Below, piece by piece: positions 1-10,360 of a DNA stretch of 37,949 bases; positions within the stretch are counted from its first letter, which is position 1; the number at the start of each line of letters is the position of its first letter. A program made the position numbers and the translations under genes. The DNA lies in NCBI GenBank assembly GCA_001661245.1, contig KV454019.1, positions 1 to 37,949 of the forward strand, written 5' to 3'. Origin of the DNA: Pachysolen tannophilus NRRL Y-2460 (lineage: Eukaryota). A model generated the notes under the pieces. It ran no database searches, was not told the origin of the DNA, and saw nothing but the letters and a program-made list of their open reading frames with translations.

Positions 1-547
1 TTATTTTCTTTTTTTATTTCAGGTATCATAAATTTTCATCAAGTACTTCTAATTACGTTTATATTGTTTGTTTGTTTTTTTTGTTTTCTTGTTTTCAAAT
101 TTGCTGCTCTTGTTGTTCAGATAGGGGGATTTTCTTTAAAATAATTCCAAGGGTTAAAAATACAATATCTCATCTCTTTATATTTTTTTATTATTATTAT
201 ATATTTTTTTTATTCATTTATAATTTGTTTTGCTGATTTTATTTTGATTTCTCATTTGTGGTATCTTTATCCCACTGCCACTCACATTTCTGCTTTACTG
301 AAAAAAAAAATGAAAAAAAAAATGAAAAAAATAGAACAGCTTTTAATTTTATTTTATTTTATTATTTTTTTTTTTTTTTATTTATTTTGTTTTTTTTGAC
401 TCTCTTACCAACTTCTTCAATTTTTATATATCATTTTCTCTGATATGAGAGTAAAATAAAGATCATAATTGTAAGATTGTTTGATTATAATTAAAAGTAA
501 AAATAATAAATAAAATGGATATTAATACTAGCTCTATATAGTAGAAT

Positions 548-2095
548 TCATGTTGATTTATATTCCCTCAATATAACAGGAACAGATGAAGGAGGTAATG
601 AACCAACTTCAGTAATGATTTTTTTGATGTATTCAGGAGGGGTTAGATCGTACATGATATTTAAAATATTCAAATTACTTATTTCTTTCCAATTAGCCAA
701 GGGTTCAGTTTTTGTCAAAAAATTCATTTCACCTTCTTGTTCTTTAGTAATTTTTTTGGATCCATTATTATTATTATTGTTATTACTATTTTTTTGAATT
801 TTTAATTTCTCCTTTTCTTCTTCTAAAGATTTTTCTTTTAAAAATTGATCTAATGCAAAACCTAATTTTTTTATAGGTTTTTTATCTATCTTTACTAAAT
901 CATCACCATCTGCCAATTCATTCAAGGTAACACTATCCAATTGAACTTTATCAGTAAATTTAATACTTTCACAACAAACTAAAACTGGAATATTTCTTGA
1001 AGTTGCACTCATTGCTATCAATGCAGTACCAACTCTTGAATATAATCTACCATTTGATAAAACAGCGTGGGCACCTAACATTATATAATCAACATCATTT
1101 AAAATAGAAGACAATGCATTTATCAAAACATATTGACATTTAATTCCTGATGAGCATAATTTTTTAGCTAATTTTTTACCTTCAAATAAAGGTCTAGAAT
1201 CGACAATTATAACCCTAAATTTCTTATTTTCTTTTGAATGACAATATTCAAATATTTTTGATAATACTTCTGAATTTCCATAAGTCAATATTGTTGAATT
1301 ATTTTGAATATGTACAGAACAATTTGAAATGATTAAATCATGAGCTAATTCTAATTTTTCCCTTATGAATTGATCAATTTTATCACATAATTCCTTTTTA
1401 GCGTCTTTATCGGAAACATCAATTGAAATTAAAGAAATTTCTTGTTTTAACCATCTAATTGCATTACCCATGGTGGCGCTAAGAGGTCTTGAAGTTTTCA
1501 AATATTCAATTTGATGAGAAAGATGAGAAGTTAAATTTCTTGATAATGTTGTTCCTTCTGGAGTATCATAAGATGATATAACTTGTTTAAAAGCCAATAA
1601 CATTGCTCTACATCTCGGTGTAGATCCAACAATATTATAAGTTGAATATTTTAAAGTTAAAGATAATATTGAAGGATGAACTATATTTGCCAACTGAGGT
1701 GTTGTAGCCAAGATTCTCTGTTCTCTAGTTTCCAAATGCGAAAATAATGGAGGTACTTTTTTAAATTCTTTAATTTTTGTTTGATTCAATTGTTTCTTAA
1801 TATTTGAAGATGTTTGTAATTTATTTTTTTGATGATCATCATGTTTAATATTTTGAGAACCAGCAGAAGTATTCCCTCCCGTGATACCATTATCCCCAGC
1901 AGCAGCCTTGGCTGCTGCTCTTTTAGCACTCTTCTCCTTCTTCTTCAACTCCTTCAACTCCTTATTAGATAATTTCTTCGGTTCAGGTAACACCTCTGTT
2001 CCCGATGAATGAGTAGAAACTTTCACATCTGTTGAATGTTCTGATCCTGATGCCTTAGGCGATACTGGCACTTTTTCACCCAGATTTTCAGACAT
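548..2095 (-). CDS. GCD2: Translation initiation factor eIF2B delta subunit (515 aa from ATG 2095)
   Basis: Motifs PLFSHLETRE, GSTPRCRAML, RPLSATMGNAIRWLK, IVDSRPLFEG, LYSRVGTA, MYDLTPPEY and PPSSVPVILREY. The ORF-track upstream TTG extension is low-complexity and is not used. Confidence 0.96.
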   Translation of the reverse strand: MSENLGEKVPVSPKASGSEHSTDVKVSTHSSGTEVLPEPKKLSNKELKELKKKEKSAKRAAAKAAAGDNGITGGNTSAGSQNIKHDDHQKNKLQTSSNIKKQLNQTKIKEFKKVPPLFSHLETREQRILATTPQLANIVHPSILSLTLKYSTYNIVGSTPRCRAMLLAFKQVISSYDTPEGTTLSRNLTSHLSHQIEYLKTSRPLSATMGNAIRWLKQEISLISIDVSDKDAKKELCDKIDQFIREKLELAHDLIISNCSVHIQNNSTILTYGNSEVLSKIFEYCHSKENKKFRVIIVDSRPLFEGKKLAKKLCSSGIKCQYVLINALSSILNDVDYIMLGAHAVLSNGRLYSRVGTALIAMSATSRNIPVLVCCESIKFTDKVQLDSVTLNELADGDDLVKIDKKPIKKLGFALDQFLKEKSLEEEKEKLKIQKNSNNNNNNNGSKKITKEQEGEMNFLTKTEPLANWKEISNLNILNIMYDLTPPEYIKKIITEVGSLPPSSVPVILREYKST

Positions 2096-2418
2096 TTCCA
2101 ATTCTAAATCTAAAAATAAAATTAAAACCACCCAATAACCAAAAAAATAACAACTTTCTTTTTCTCTTTTTCTTTCCCTCAATATATCTAGGAATATCTA
2201 TCTTTTTAAATTCCACAAATTATTTAAAATATATAGCGGTTAAAATCTATTCTTCTTTACCTTTCCACTTTCAAGGGCCAAATTGTATGTACAAAAATTA
2301 AAGAAAAAAAAATTTTGAAAAAAATTGAAAAAAAAAAAAAAAAAATGGAAAAAAAAGAGCTAAATTGGGAAATTACTTAAAACGGAAGTCTAAAACTGGG
2401 TAGGTGGGTAGGTGGACG

Positions 2419-2482
2419 GGCGGTAAAGTAGGCGGTAAAGCAGGAGTTAGGCAGGCGGTACGTAGGCGGTACGTAGGCGGTA
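2419..2482. repeat. Five GGCGGTA motifs, the last three in an 11-bp tandem (GGCGGTACGTA), between the MRP13 3' end and the GCD2 promoter
   Basis: Copies at 2419, 2431, 2454, 2465 and 2476, forming a GC-rich island in AT-rich DNA. Confidence 0.8.
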
Positions 2483-2631
2483 CTGGTGGTACATGTGAGA
2501 TACGAGACTACAAATGGTGGTTAATTGGAACAACGAGGAAAAGACGCTATGAACAAGTTTTTTTTTCAGTGTTGATAAACTTTGGTGGTTATGAGGTTGC
2601 TATATAACAGATCTATAAGAAACTATGTGGA

Positions 2632-3732
2632 TTAGTTTTCACTTTTATTATCTTGTTCTTCATTTGTTTTTGAATTTGAGTAAAAATTACTTTGAGATTC
2701 AATTTCAACAAATAAATCAGATTTTTCACATGGAATTAAGATTTTTTGTTCCATTTTATTCAAGAAAGGTGAAACATGATTTTCCAATATTTCCTTAACT
2801 TGAAGGTCAACTTTAGCAAGATTTTCATTTAAAATTATTGAACATAATTTTAAATAAGAATAATCATATTTCAAGGTATTATAAATTGATAATTTTTTAC
2901 CAAATGAAATATTGGTATCAATTTTTGAAAACAAGTTCAGTTGTGGGATTTGGAAATTTTTTGATGTTAAATTGTTCAAGTAAGGTTTAGTAAAATTTGT
3001 GAAAGATTGTGAACTTGACTGATCAAAATTATTATCATTATAATTTTTGAAAAAATTTGAATAAGCTAATAAATTTAATACTGAAGAATAAGATTCCAAA
3101 TTCTTATTATTATAATTTTTTAACCCATTATTCAATTTTGAATTTAAAGTATCCATATCTAGACTAGTAACTTTATCCAATTTATATTGTTTTAATAATT
3201 GTAAGAAAAAAATCAGTTTAACAATATTTTCTGTATAAATTTTTTCTAAATTTTTCAAAGTATAAACAGTTGTTAATGCAATTGAAAATTTACCCAATTC
3301 AACAGATTTAAATAAAAAATTAACAATATGTTGATCATTTAAATATCCTGTATTCAATTCTGCTAATTGGAAAATATAATTTCTAATTTTTAAAAAATCT
3401 TCATAATTTGATATTCCAGAAATTAATTTTAATAAATAATTTTTTTTAGGATTACCTTTAAAAATAATTGGTAATATTGGTCTACCTGTTTCCTTATCAA
3501 TCATATTTGCAGCCAATATATCAGAAGCATGTTTCGGCCTAAATAAATATGGCTTCAATCTTTTTGGTTGCCTCTCATAAAAAATATAATCATCAATCTC
3601 TTTTTCATATTCCAGTTGTAAATTTTTTAAAAATAATGATTTACTAAAATACCGTAAACTGGAAAAACCTACAAAATTTTTTGTACCACTAACATGGCGT
3701 AACGGTAACGCCAAAATACTAACACTAGACAT
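2632..3732 (-). CDS. MRP13: Mitochondrial small ribosomal subunit protein mS44 (Mrp13-like)
   Basis: R/S-rich presequence. IDDYIFYERQPKRLKPYLFRPKHASDIL resembles recalled S. cerevisiae Mrp13 [28 protein letters not shown]. Adjacent to GCD2 as in S. cerevisiae. Confidence 0.8.
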   Translation of the reverse strand: MSSVSILALPLRHVSGTKNFVGFSSLRYFSKSLFLKNLQLEYEKEIDDYIFYERQPKRLKPYLFRPKHASDILAANMIDKETGRPILPIIFKGNPKKNYLLKLISGISNYEDFLKIRNYIFQLAELNTGYLNDQHIVNFLFKSVELGKFSIALTTVYTLKNLEKIYTENIVKLIFFLQLLKQYKLDKVTSLDMDTLNSKLNNGLKNYNNKNLESYSSVLNLLAYSNFFKNYNDNNFDQSSSQSFTNFTKPYLNNLTSKNFQIPQLNLFSKIDTNISFGKKLSIYNTLKYDYSYLKLCSIILNENLAKVDLQVKEILENHVSPFLNKMEQKILIPCEKSDLFVEIESQSNFYSNSKTNEEQDNKSEN

Positions 3733-3828
3733 CTTGAAAACAATGGAAAATCCTCCTTATTTCAATATATCTTTAATATATTCAATATATTCAAATATAT
3801 CTAAATTTCTCTCGTTGGTTTCCGGTGT

Positions 3829-3839
3829 TGAAAAATTTT
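3829..3839. promoter_or_regulatory. RRPE motif TGAAAAATTTT in the MRP13/SCP1 divergent promoter
   Basis: Exact consensus match about 100 bp upstream of the MRP13 ATG. Confidence 0.55.
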
Positions 3840-4003
3840 TGATTTCAATTAATTTTTTTATATACAAATTTGGTGACACAAGGCTCAAAGAAGAGTTGGC
3901 AGAAGTCTCTTTTATAAATCTATTCTTATCTATCTATCTATATATCTAATTCATTAATTAATGAATTAGATATATATATAGTTGAATGGGCGGGTGATTG
4001 AAG

Positions 4004-4704
4004 ATGTCACTAAATTTTGATTCATCGTTATATAGTTTGAAGAAAAAAGATGTTGCATCATTGGATGATGATTTGAGGAAATCTCGAATGTTGAAATATG
4101 AGAATTTAGTTCAAGCAGTTAAAGATTGGTTAAAAATTTATGTTTCAATTGATGATGAGACGGATTTAATTGAACAATTGAAATCTGGTGAAATTCTTTG
4201 TGAATTGATTAATGTTGTGGAATCAAAGTATGGTAATAATAATTTTGTTAAATATAAGAAAAGTAATATTCCATTTGTTCAAGTTAGTATGATTTATGTT
4301 TTTAAAATAAAATTATTTTTATATACAACTTTTTACTAACAAGTTTTATATATATGTATTTTCTTTAGATGGAGAATATTGAAATTTTTTCAAGATATTG
4401 TATGAGTTTAGGAGTTCCACAAGATGAATTATTTCAAACTGTGGATTTATTTGAATCTAAAGATCCTTATCAAGTTTTAATAACTATACAATCTTTTTCA
4501 AGAGCTTTAGGAAGAGTTTTCAAGATACCAAAAATAATTGGTCCTCAAATTTCTGAAAAGAAACCAAGGCCTCCCATCCCTAAAAAACCAATTAATTTGA
4601 AAAATAGTAGTTATCCCGGTTGGAGTACTATAGAATATGGTTATATGGGAGGAGCAAATCAAAAAACTGAAAAAGTTGTATTTGGTGGTACCAGACATAT
4701 ATAA
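4004..4704 (+). CDS. SCP1: Calponin/transgelin homolog, exons 4004-4282 and 4369-4704 (204 aa)
   Basis: KKDVASLDDDLR N-terminus, CH domain (LKSGEILCEL) and C-terminal YGYMGGANQ..E repeat. Splicing restores the conserved PFVQ|MENI. Confidence 0.93.
4283..4368 (+). other. Spliceosomal intron in SCP1 (86 nt, GTTAGT donor)
   Basis: GTTAGT at 4283, TACTAAC at 4334-4340, TAG at 4366-4368. Phase 0 join. Confidence 0.9.
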
Positions 4705-5189
4705 TTTTTAATTAAAATTTTTAAATCATTTGTTTCTAAAAAATCAATCTTTGGTAAAAAATTAATTAATTCATTTAATTCTTTATTAATTTCTTGGAAA
4801 TCTGATAAATAAATTAAATTATCATTAAATTTTAAATGTTTTAAAATATGTATAATACCAATTAAAGTCTCACATTCAATTATCTTAAATTCTAAATCTT
4901 TATCATCACCAATAATTTCATCTTTACTAATACCCAAATTTGGAGGTATAATTAATACAAGATCTTCTATATTCTGTAAATATTCTAACCAGGGAAAATT
5001 TAAACTAATCAATTTTGGTGAAAGTACAATAACAATAGATCTCTTTGTATACTTTCTTTCTCCATCAATTCTTGTAGCACTATTAGCAAAAGTATATCGA
5101 TATACCGCATAAGAAACCAGAATCAAGGAAGAAGTCACTGCTAATACTTTCAAGTTTCTTCCTATCCTCTTATTATGATTATACACCAT
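4659..5189 (-). CDS. PEX22: Peroxin Pex22 (membrane anchor for Pex4)
   Basis: N-terminal TM ending YAVYR, then KY..RSI.IV.S, LV.IIPP.L and KIIEC.T.IGI.HILKHL, resembling recalled methylotrophic-yeast Pex22. Confidence 0.75.
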   Translation of the reverse strand: MVYNHNKRIGRNLKVLAVTSSLILVSYAVYRYTFANSATRIDGERKYTKRSIVIVLSPKLISLNFPWLEYLQNIEDLVLIIPPNLGISKDEIIGDDKDLEFKIIECETLIGIIHILKHLKFNDNLIYLSDFQEINKELNELINFLPKIDFLETNDLKILIKNYICLVPPNTTFSVF

Positions 5190-5441
5190 TCTCTCTTGGT
5201 TGGTTTAAAGAATTATTTATTCTTATCAGTGATTTAAAAATGAAAAAAAAAAAAAATGAATGAAAAATAATAATAATAATAAAAAATAGTTGAAAAATTT
5301 AAATAAATAAATAAAATCAGGTTTCCTCTGATAAGATCTTTTTATTTATAATCAAAGACAAAAAGATAACGTGGTAAGCTGGGTATTGAGAAAAGAAGAA
5401 GGAATAAATAAAAGGAAACTTTCTTTTTTTTTTCCGAATAA

Positions 5442-7025
5442 ATGGCCTCGTTTAATGATTCATTATTATTCACAGCATCAACAACTTCGTTATCCCATAT
5501 ATCTAACGTTTTAAATTCAATAACTCCTTTAGGTTCTAAATGTCTTGTTACTATTAATGAAAATGGGTTATTTTTCACAGTTAACGATAACAATATTTGT
5601 AAAGTTCAATTAAACCTTGATAGTAAATTTTTTGATTCGTTTAATTATAATCCCATAAGTAAGGATGATGGAATTAGTGCTGATAGTGAGGAAAGAGAAG
5701 GTTCAAGTACAGAAACATCAAGTATTTCTGACTCAAAGAATATTAAATTTGGTCTTGATTTGTTTTTATTTGTTGAAAGTGTTAGTTTGGTGAATAACTA
5801 CAATTCAAACTTATCTAATAGTAATAATCATAATAATGGAATTGGTGGTGTAACGGTTAAAACAATATGTACTTTAAGCTACGAAGGTTATGGGAATCCT
5901 TTTATATTATCATTTGAAGATGATAAGATGTTAGAAAGAGTTGAATTTCAAACATATGATGATCTTGATGAAGATGAAGATTTCCCACATTATTTTGAAA
6001 TTGATAATGATAAATTGATTTTAGAAATTATATTGAAAAGTCCAATTTTATATGATATATTAAAAGATTTAAAAGAAATTCAAACAGAAGAAATTTTAAT
6101 TTATGGAGATACAAAGAATGGGAAAAAAAATTTAATATTTATATCAAAAGGTGAATTAGGTTATTCAAAATTGGTATTCCCATCCAATAGATCAATATTG
6201 GAACAACTTGTCATATATAAAGCCATTGCTTTAAAAAATGTTTCATATGATGATGAAGTTTATAATTTCCCAGATGAAGAAAATATTGAATATATACCAA
6301 CAAATACTGATTCGCTAACATCATTTTATAAATTCAACTATTTTAATAAGCTAACAAGAGCAGTCAAATTATCCTCAAAGTTAAAAATTAAAAAAGATGC
6401 AAAAGGTTTAACTTCTATAAATTTGTTAATTAAAGACGAGAAAAATTTAAGTAATTCAGTAATTGAATTTCAAATATTAGAATTCATGAACAGTTCGGAT
6501 TCTCAAGATGGTGGGAAGTCTTCTTCAACTTTGAATAATAAAAATAATAATTATAACAATACTTATGTTGAAAATTTATTACGAGATGACGATATAACAG
6601 AATTACAAATTTTTCGTAATCCAAGATTTGATCTAGATCAAATGAGATTAGATGATTTTGTTGGTATGCAAAATAATCAAGAACAAGAAAGACAACAAGA
6701 CTATGGTTTTAGAAATGACGAAAATGAATATGAATTTGAAAACCATAATAATAATAATAATAATGATAATGACAGTAATGGAGATCCTTCAAATTTATTG
6801 GAAAGAATAGCTACTAGCGATGAATCAGTATTACGAAACAGAAATAATAGTAATGAAATAGTAGAAGATAATGAAGTGATTGATAATCACAACAGTCAAG
6901 GTAAACTGAAAAGTAAAAAACATTCTAAAAATGATCAAGAGGAAGGAGGTAGGAACAAGAAAAGTAAAAAGGATAGTGGTATTGATATTGTAGGTGGTGC
7001 AATCGAGGTTCCTATGTTTTTATAG
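5442..7025 (+). CDS. RAD17: 9-1-1 checkpoint clamp subunit (Rad1/Rad17 family) with long acidic, Asn-rich C-terminal tail
   Basis: FTASTTSLSHISNVLNSITPLGSK...GL.F, SYEGYGNPFILSFED and SKGELGYSKL. SCP1-RAD17-RPS12 neighbourhood. Confidence 0.88.
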   Translation: MASFNDSLLFTASTTSLSHISNVLNSITPLGSKCLVTINENGLFFTVNDNNICKVQLNLDSKFFDSFNYNPISKDDGISADSEEREGSSTETSSISDSKNIKFGLDLFLFVESVSLVNNYNSNLSNSNNHNNGIGGVTVKTICTLSYEGYGNPFILSFEDDKMLERVEFQTYDDLDEDEDFPHYFEIDNDKLILEIILKSPILYDILKDLKEIQTEEILIYGDTKNGKKNLIFISKGELGYSKLVFPSNRSILEQLVIYKAIALKNVSYDDEVYNFPDEENIEYIPTNTDSLTSFYKFNYFNKLTRAVKLSSKLKIKKDAKGLTSINLLIKDEKNLSNSVIEFQILEFMNSSDSQDGGKSSSTLNNKNNNYNNTYVENLLRDDDITELQIFRNPRFDLDQMRLDDFVGMQNNQEQERQQDYGFRNDENEYEFENHNNNNNNDNDSNGDPSNLLERIATSDESVLRNRNNSNEIVEDNEVIDNHNSQGKLKSKKHSKNDQEEGGRNKKSKKDSGIDIVGGAIEVPMFL

Positions 7026-7171
7026 AATATTTGGCTATATATATTTATTTTTTTTTTTTTTTTTGCCTTTACATTTGCATTTGGTGTTGCTACAATAAAA
7101 TTGAATATTCAGAAAGAGTTGAAAATTTAAAAATTAAATTATATAATTCTAAAATAACAATACAACATTTC

Positions 7172-7609
7172 TTAAGCAGCAGTTAAATGCTCCAATAAGA
7201 TATTTCTTTCTTCAGAATCTTCACCCCAGTTCTTGATGACAACACATGAAGCACCAACAACTTTTCTGGCTTCACCTTCTCTGTCCAAGACACATAAACC
7301 AGCCATTTCACCTAATTTCTTAGCATCTGAAACTTTGATTAATGGAATTTTTTCATCAGATTGATTACATAAAGCTTCAACTAACTTAATAATTGATTCA
7401 TCAGTAACCGAATCACACAAGACACACAATTGAGCTTCACCTCTTGATAAAGCCTTTGAGCATTCTCTTAAACCTCTAGCTAAACCATCATGAACTAAAG
7501 CAGTTCTTAAAACAGCTTTTAAAGCATCTTCAATGGTAATAGTACCAGAAGTTTGTTCAGCAACAACTTCGACTTCTTCAACGATTTGATCTTGTTCAAC
7601 GTCAGACAT
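7172..7609 (-). CDS. RPS12: 40S ribosomal protein eS12
   Basis: [40 protein letters not shown]. Confidence 0.98.
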   Translation of the reverse strand: MSDVEQDQIVEEVEVVAEQTSGTITIEDALKAVLRTALVHDGLARGLRECSKALSRGEAQLCVLCDSVTDESIIKLVEALCNQSDEKIPLIKVSDAKKLGEMAGLCVLDREGEARKVVGASCVVIKNWGEDSEERNILLEHLTAA

Positions 7610-7769
7610 TTTAAATTTTCTTGATATTAAATAACTAATTTAACTTATTTATAGACTTCTTCCTCAGATATATCCGGTCAGTTCTACAGAGAAAAGAAGA
7701 AGAAAAAAAAAAAAAAATAAAATAAAATAAGTTAAAACCCCAAGTATTCAAAAACAAAAAATATCAAGG

Positions 7770-7780
7770 TGAAAAATTTT
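7770..7780. promoter_or_regulatory. RRPE motif in the RPS12 promoter
   Basis: TGAAAAATTTT exact match about 160 bp upstream of the ATG. Confidence 0.55.
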
Positions 7781-7873
7781 TTGGTAAAAGAAAAGGGTAC
7801 TAAACAATAGTAGTGTCTGTTTTTAACAAAATTCCAAAAAAGAAAAAAAAAAAAAAAAAAAAACGACTTTAAT

Positions 7874-7892
7874 TTAGGGCTCGTTGCCCTAA
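7874..7892. promoter_or_regulatory. Tbf1-like inverted repeat TTAGGGC-N5-GCCCTAA in the RPS12 promoter
   Basis: Perfect 7-bp arms about 270 bp upstream of a ribosomal protein gene. Resembles the Candida albicans RP-promoter Tbf1 palindrome. Confidence 0.65.
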
Positions 7893-8174
7893 TAAGAAAA
7901 GCAAATACAAAAACCAAAAACAAAACATCCTTACATCGCGGCCGTTAATTTGGTGGTAAGATTCAAATGGTGAATGAATTTGGTTAAATATATAATAATA
8001 ATAATAATATAGTATAAAATAAATAAATTAATAAATAAATAGATAGATAAATAAATAAATAAGTTAGTAGATAAATAAATAAATAAATAAATAAGTTAGT
8101 AGATGGGTAGGAAGAGATGGAAGTTCTTTTTTTTTTTTTGTTCTTTTTTTTTGAATTTGTTGCCTGGATATTAC

Positions 8175-8795
8175 TCAATATGATCTATACCACATTCTGT
8201 GGATATTTGTATCCATCATCTTTTTCTGTAATTGGAATATACCATACATTAAAGCCTCTGATGTTGGTGGACAGCCAGGAACATATACATCGACGGGGAT
8301 AACTCTATCGCATCCTCTGACGACACTGTAGCTATAATGATAGTAACCACCACCATTTGCACAAGATCCCATACTGATGACCCATCTCGGATAAGGCATT
8401 TGATCATAAACTTGTCTCAATGCAGGAGCCATCTTATTGGTCAAGGTTCCAGCAACAATCATAATATCAGATTGTCTTGGTGAAGCTCTAAAAATAATAC
8501 CTAATCTATCCTGATCATAACGTGGAGCACTAACATGCATCATTTCAATAGCACAACAAGCTAATCCAAATGTCATCGGCCAAAACGAAGACTTTCTTGC
8601 CCAATTCTTGATCTTATCCAATGTTGTAAAAGTGTAATCTAAAGCATTTGCATTAGGTCTTTTAGATAAAACAGGTGTATCAGTTGGAAAATTCTCACTA
8701 GGAGTTATATCTTTTGAAGATATAAATCTTAATCCAACAATACGAGTTGATTGCCTAATTAATGGTAATGTATGCTTTGCCGGTAACATCATCAT
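8175..8795 (-). CDS. NDUFS7: Mitochondrial complex I PSST/NUKM (NDUFS7) Fe-S subunit (206 aa)
   Basis: [47 protein letters not shown] and [10 protein letters not shown]. First ATG at 8795. Confidence 0.97.
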   Translation of the reverse strand: MMMLPAKHTLPLIRQSTRIVGLRFISSKDITPSENFPTDTPVLSKRPNANALDYTFTTLDKIKNWARKSSFWPMTFGLACCAIEMMHVSAPRYDQDRLGIIFRASPRQSDIMIVAGTLTNKMAPALRQVYDQMPYPRWVISMGSCANGGGYYHYSYSVVRGCDRVIPVDVYVPGCPPTSEALMYGIFQLQKKMMDTNIHRMWYRSY

Positions 8796-9193
8796 ATTGC
8801 AAGTAAAGCCTATAAAATTGATCGATTGCAAAATAGATGATGATGATTCAAAAACCCCAATGTTTTATTTATAATCTTTAATATATAATTTGGTCTCAAG
8901 TATTTCTTTTTTAAATTTCCCTTAGTATATTTATTACCGTAAAATATACACGACTAGGGTTTTCACTATCTTAAAAGAGATTAATTAGCACAAATTCCAT
9001 TAGAAAAGAGATTATTCTATTCCAATTGAATGATAGTTGAAGATTGTTAGCCTATCAGAGAGATTCCAAAAGAAAATAAAGAAGAAAAAAAAAAAAATTT
9101 CTTTCCCAATTGTAGTATTTAATAATTGTTATTAAAATGTACCCCCAAAACCTAATTAGAAATCAATTAACCTGCCATATACACTAAATTTTT

Positions 9194-9968
9194 CTATAAA
9201 TTATTTTCCATTGATTGCCTCAAAGCTTCAAATGGTGACTGCTGATAGTTCTTGTCAGTGAAAACTGCGGCAAATCGTTGTTTTTCTATTTGTTCTACTT
9301 TTCTCGCTCCTCTTAACGATTTATGAGGATTTGGCAGATGGTTCAACTGTTTTTTCTCCTGTACGTATCTTGGTCTATCATTACCTGAGCTGTGATTATT
9401 ATTATTATCGACGTTGAAGTTATTGTTTGCTGCTTCAGAAGGTAAGTTATCCAACAAATCTTCCATTTTCGCTCCCAATTGAGCTTTCATTTTTCNNNNN
9501 NNNNNNNNNNNNNNNNNNNNNNNNNNNNNNNNNNNNNNNNNNNNNNNNNNNNNNNNNNNNNNNNNNNNNNNNNNNNNNNNNNNNNNNNNNNNNNNNNNNN
9601 NNNNNNNNNNNNNNNNNNNNNNNNNNNNNNNNNNNNNNNNNNNNNNNNNNNNNNNNNNNNNNNNNNNNNNNNNNNNNNNNNNNNNNNNNNNNNNNNNNNN
9701 NNNNNNNNNNNNNNNNNNNNNNNNNNNNNNNNNNNNNNNNNNNNNNNNNNNNNNNNNNNNNNNNNNNNNNNNNNNNNNNNNNNNNNNNNNNNNNNNNNNN
9801 NNNNNNNNNNNNNNNNNNNNNNNNNNNNNNNNNNNNNNNNNNNNNNNNNNNNNNNNNNNNNNNNNNNNNNNNNTTAGTACCTCTTTCACAAAAATCAAAA
9901 CTTTCCAAAACCTTGAATTTAGAAAACCCAAGAATAAAAAAAAGAAAAGAAAAAAAGAAACATACCAT
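9194..9968 (-). CDS. SLX9: Ribosome biogenesis factor Slx9/FAM207 family. ATG-only exon 1 (9966-9968), middle hidden in the N gap, C-terminal part at 9194-9495
   Basis: C-terminal PNPHK..RGA.K....E..RF..V.....YQ.SPF.ALR..M.N motif. Divergent from TOM20 as in S. cerevisiae. ATG is followed directly by GTATGT. Confidence 0.75.
9496..9873. other. Assembly gap
   Basis: Run of N. Confidence 1.
9874..9965 (-). other. Visible part of the SLX9 intron (3' end lies in the gap)
   Basis: GTATGT donor at 9965-9960 immediately after the ATG. TACTAA at 9879-9874 abuts the gap. Confidence 0.75.
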
Positions 9969-10072
9969 CTTCTCAATAATCAGCCCCACCGTTGCCCAAC
10001 AAAAAGTTGTCGACTAAACTAGAATACGTAATCTTTAGTTTCCAATACAAAACAATGGGTGAAGGAATAAGT

Positions 10073-10103
<31 letters not shown>

Positions 10104-10360
10104 GTGAAAAAAAAAATAAAAAAAAAATAATAGAAGTGCCCTCGGTAATCTTTTCGGGACCTCGTAACTTTACCGGTAAGGTTCCGTAACTTGTCTTATC
10201 GAACGCTTGTTTCAAAAAAAATTTTCAATAACCTGTTGCAAACCTTCCAAGAAATATATATAAGATGGTTAGTTTTTTCATACCTTATTAATAATTATTT
10301 AATTTTTTTGTTTGGACTTTGAGATTAATCCGAAAAAAAAAAAAAAAAAGAAAAAGAAAA

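Noticed and set aside
2096..2182. TTG/GTG-initiated N-terminal extensions in the ORF track (GCD2, PSST, TOM20, CSN2, GH127)
   Set aside because: Eukaryotic context, the extensions translate homopolymer or (AT)n DNA, and homology begins at the downstream ATGs.
7610..7935. 5' UTR intron in RPS12 (pyrimidine tract plus TAG near 7685, minus strand)
   Set aside because: No TACTAAC-like branch or good donor. The region instead holds promoter motifs (TATA-like, RRPE, Tbf1-like).
9427..10017. ORFs spanning N gaps (also 12939-13577, 23473-23940, 29462-29860)
   Set aside because: Artefacts of stop-free N runs.
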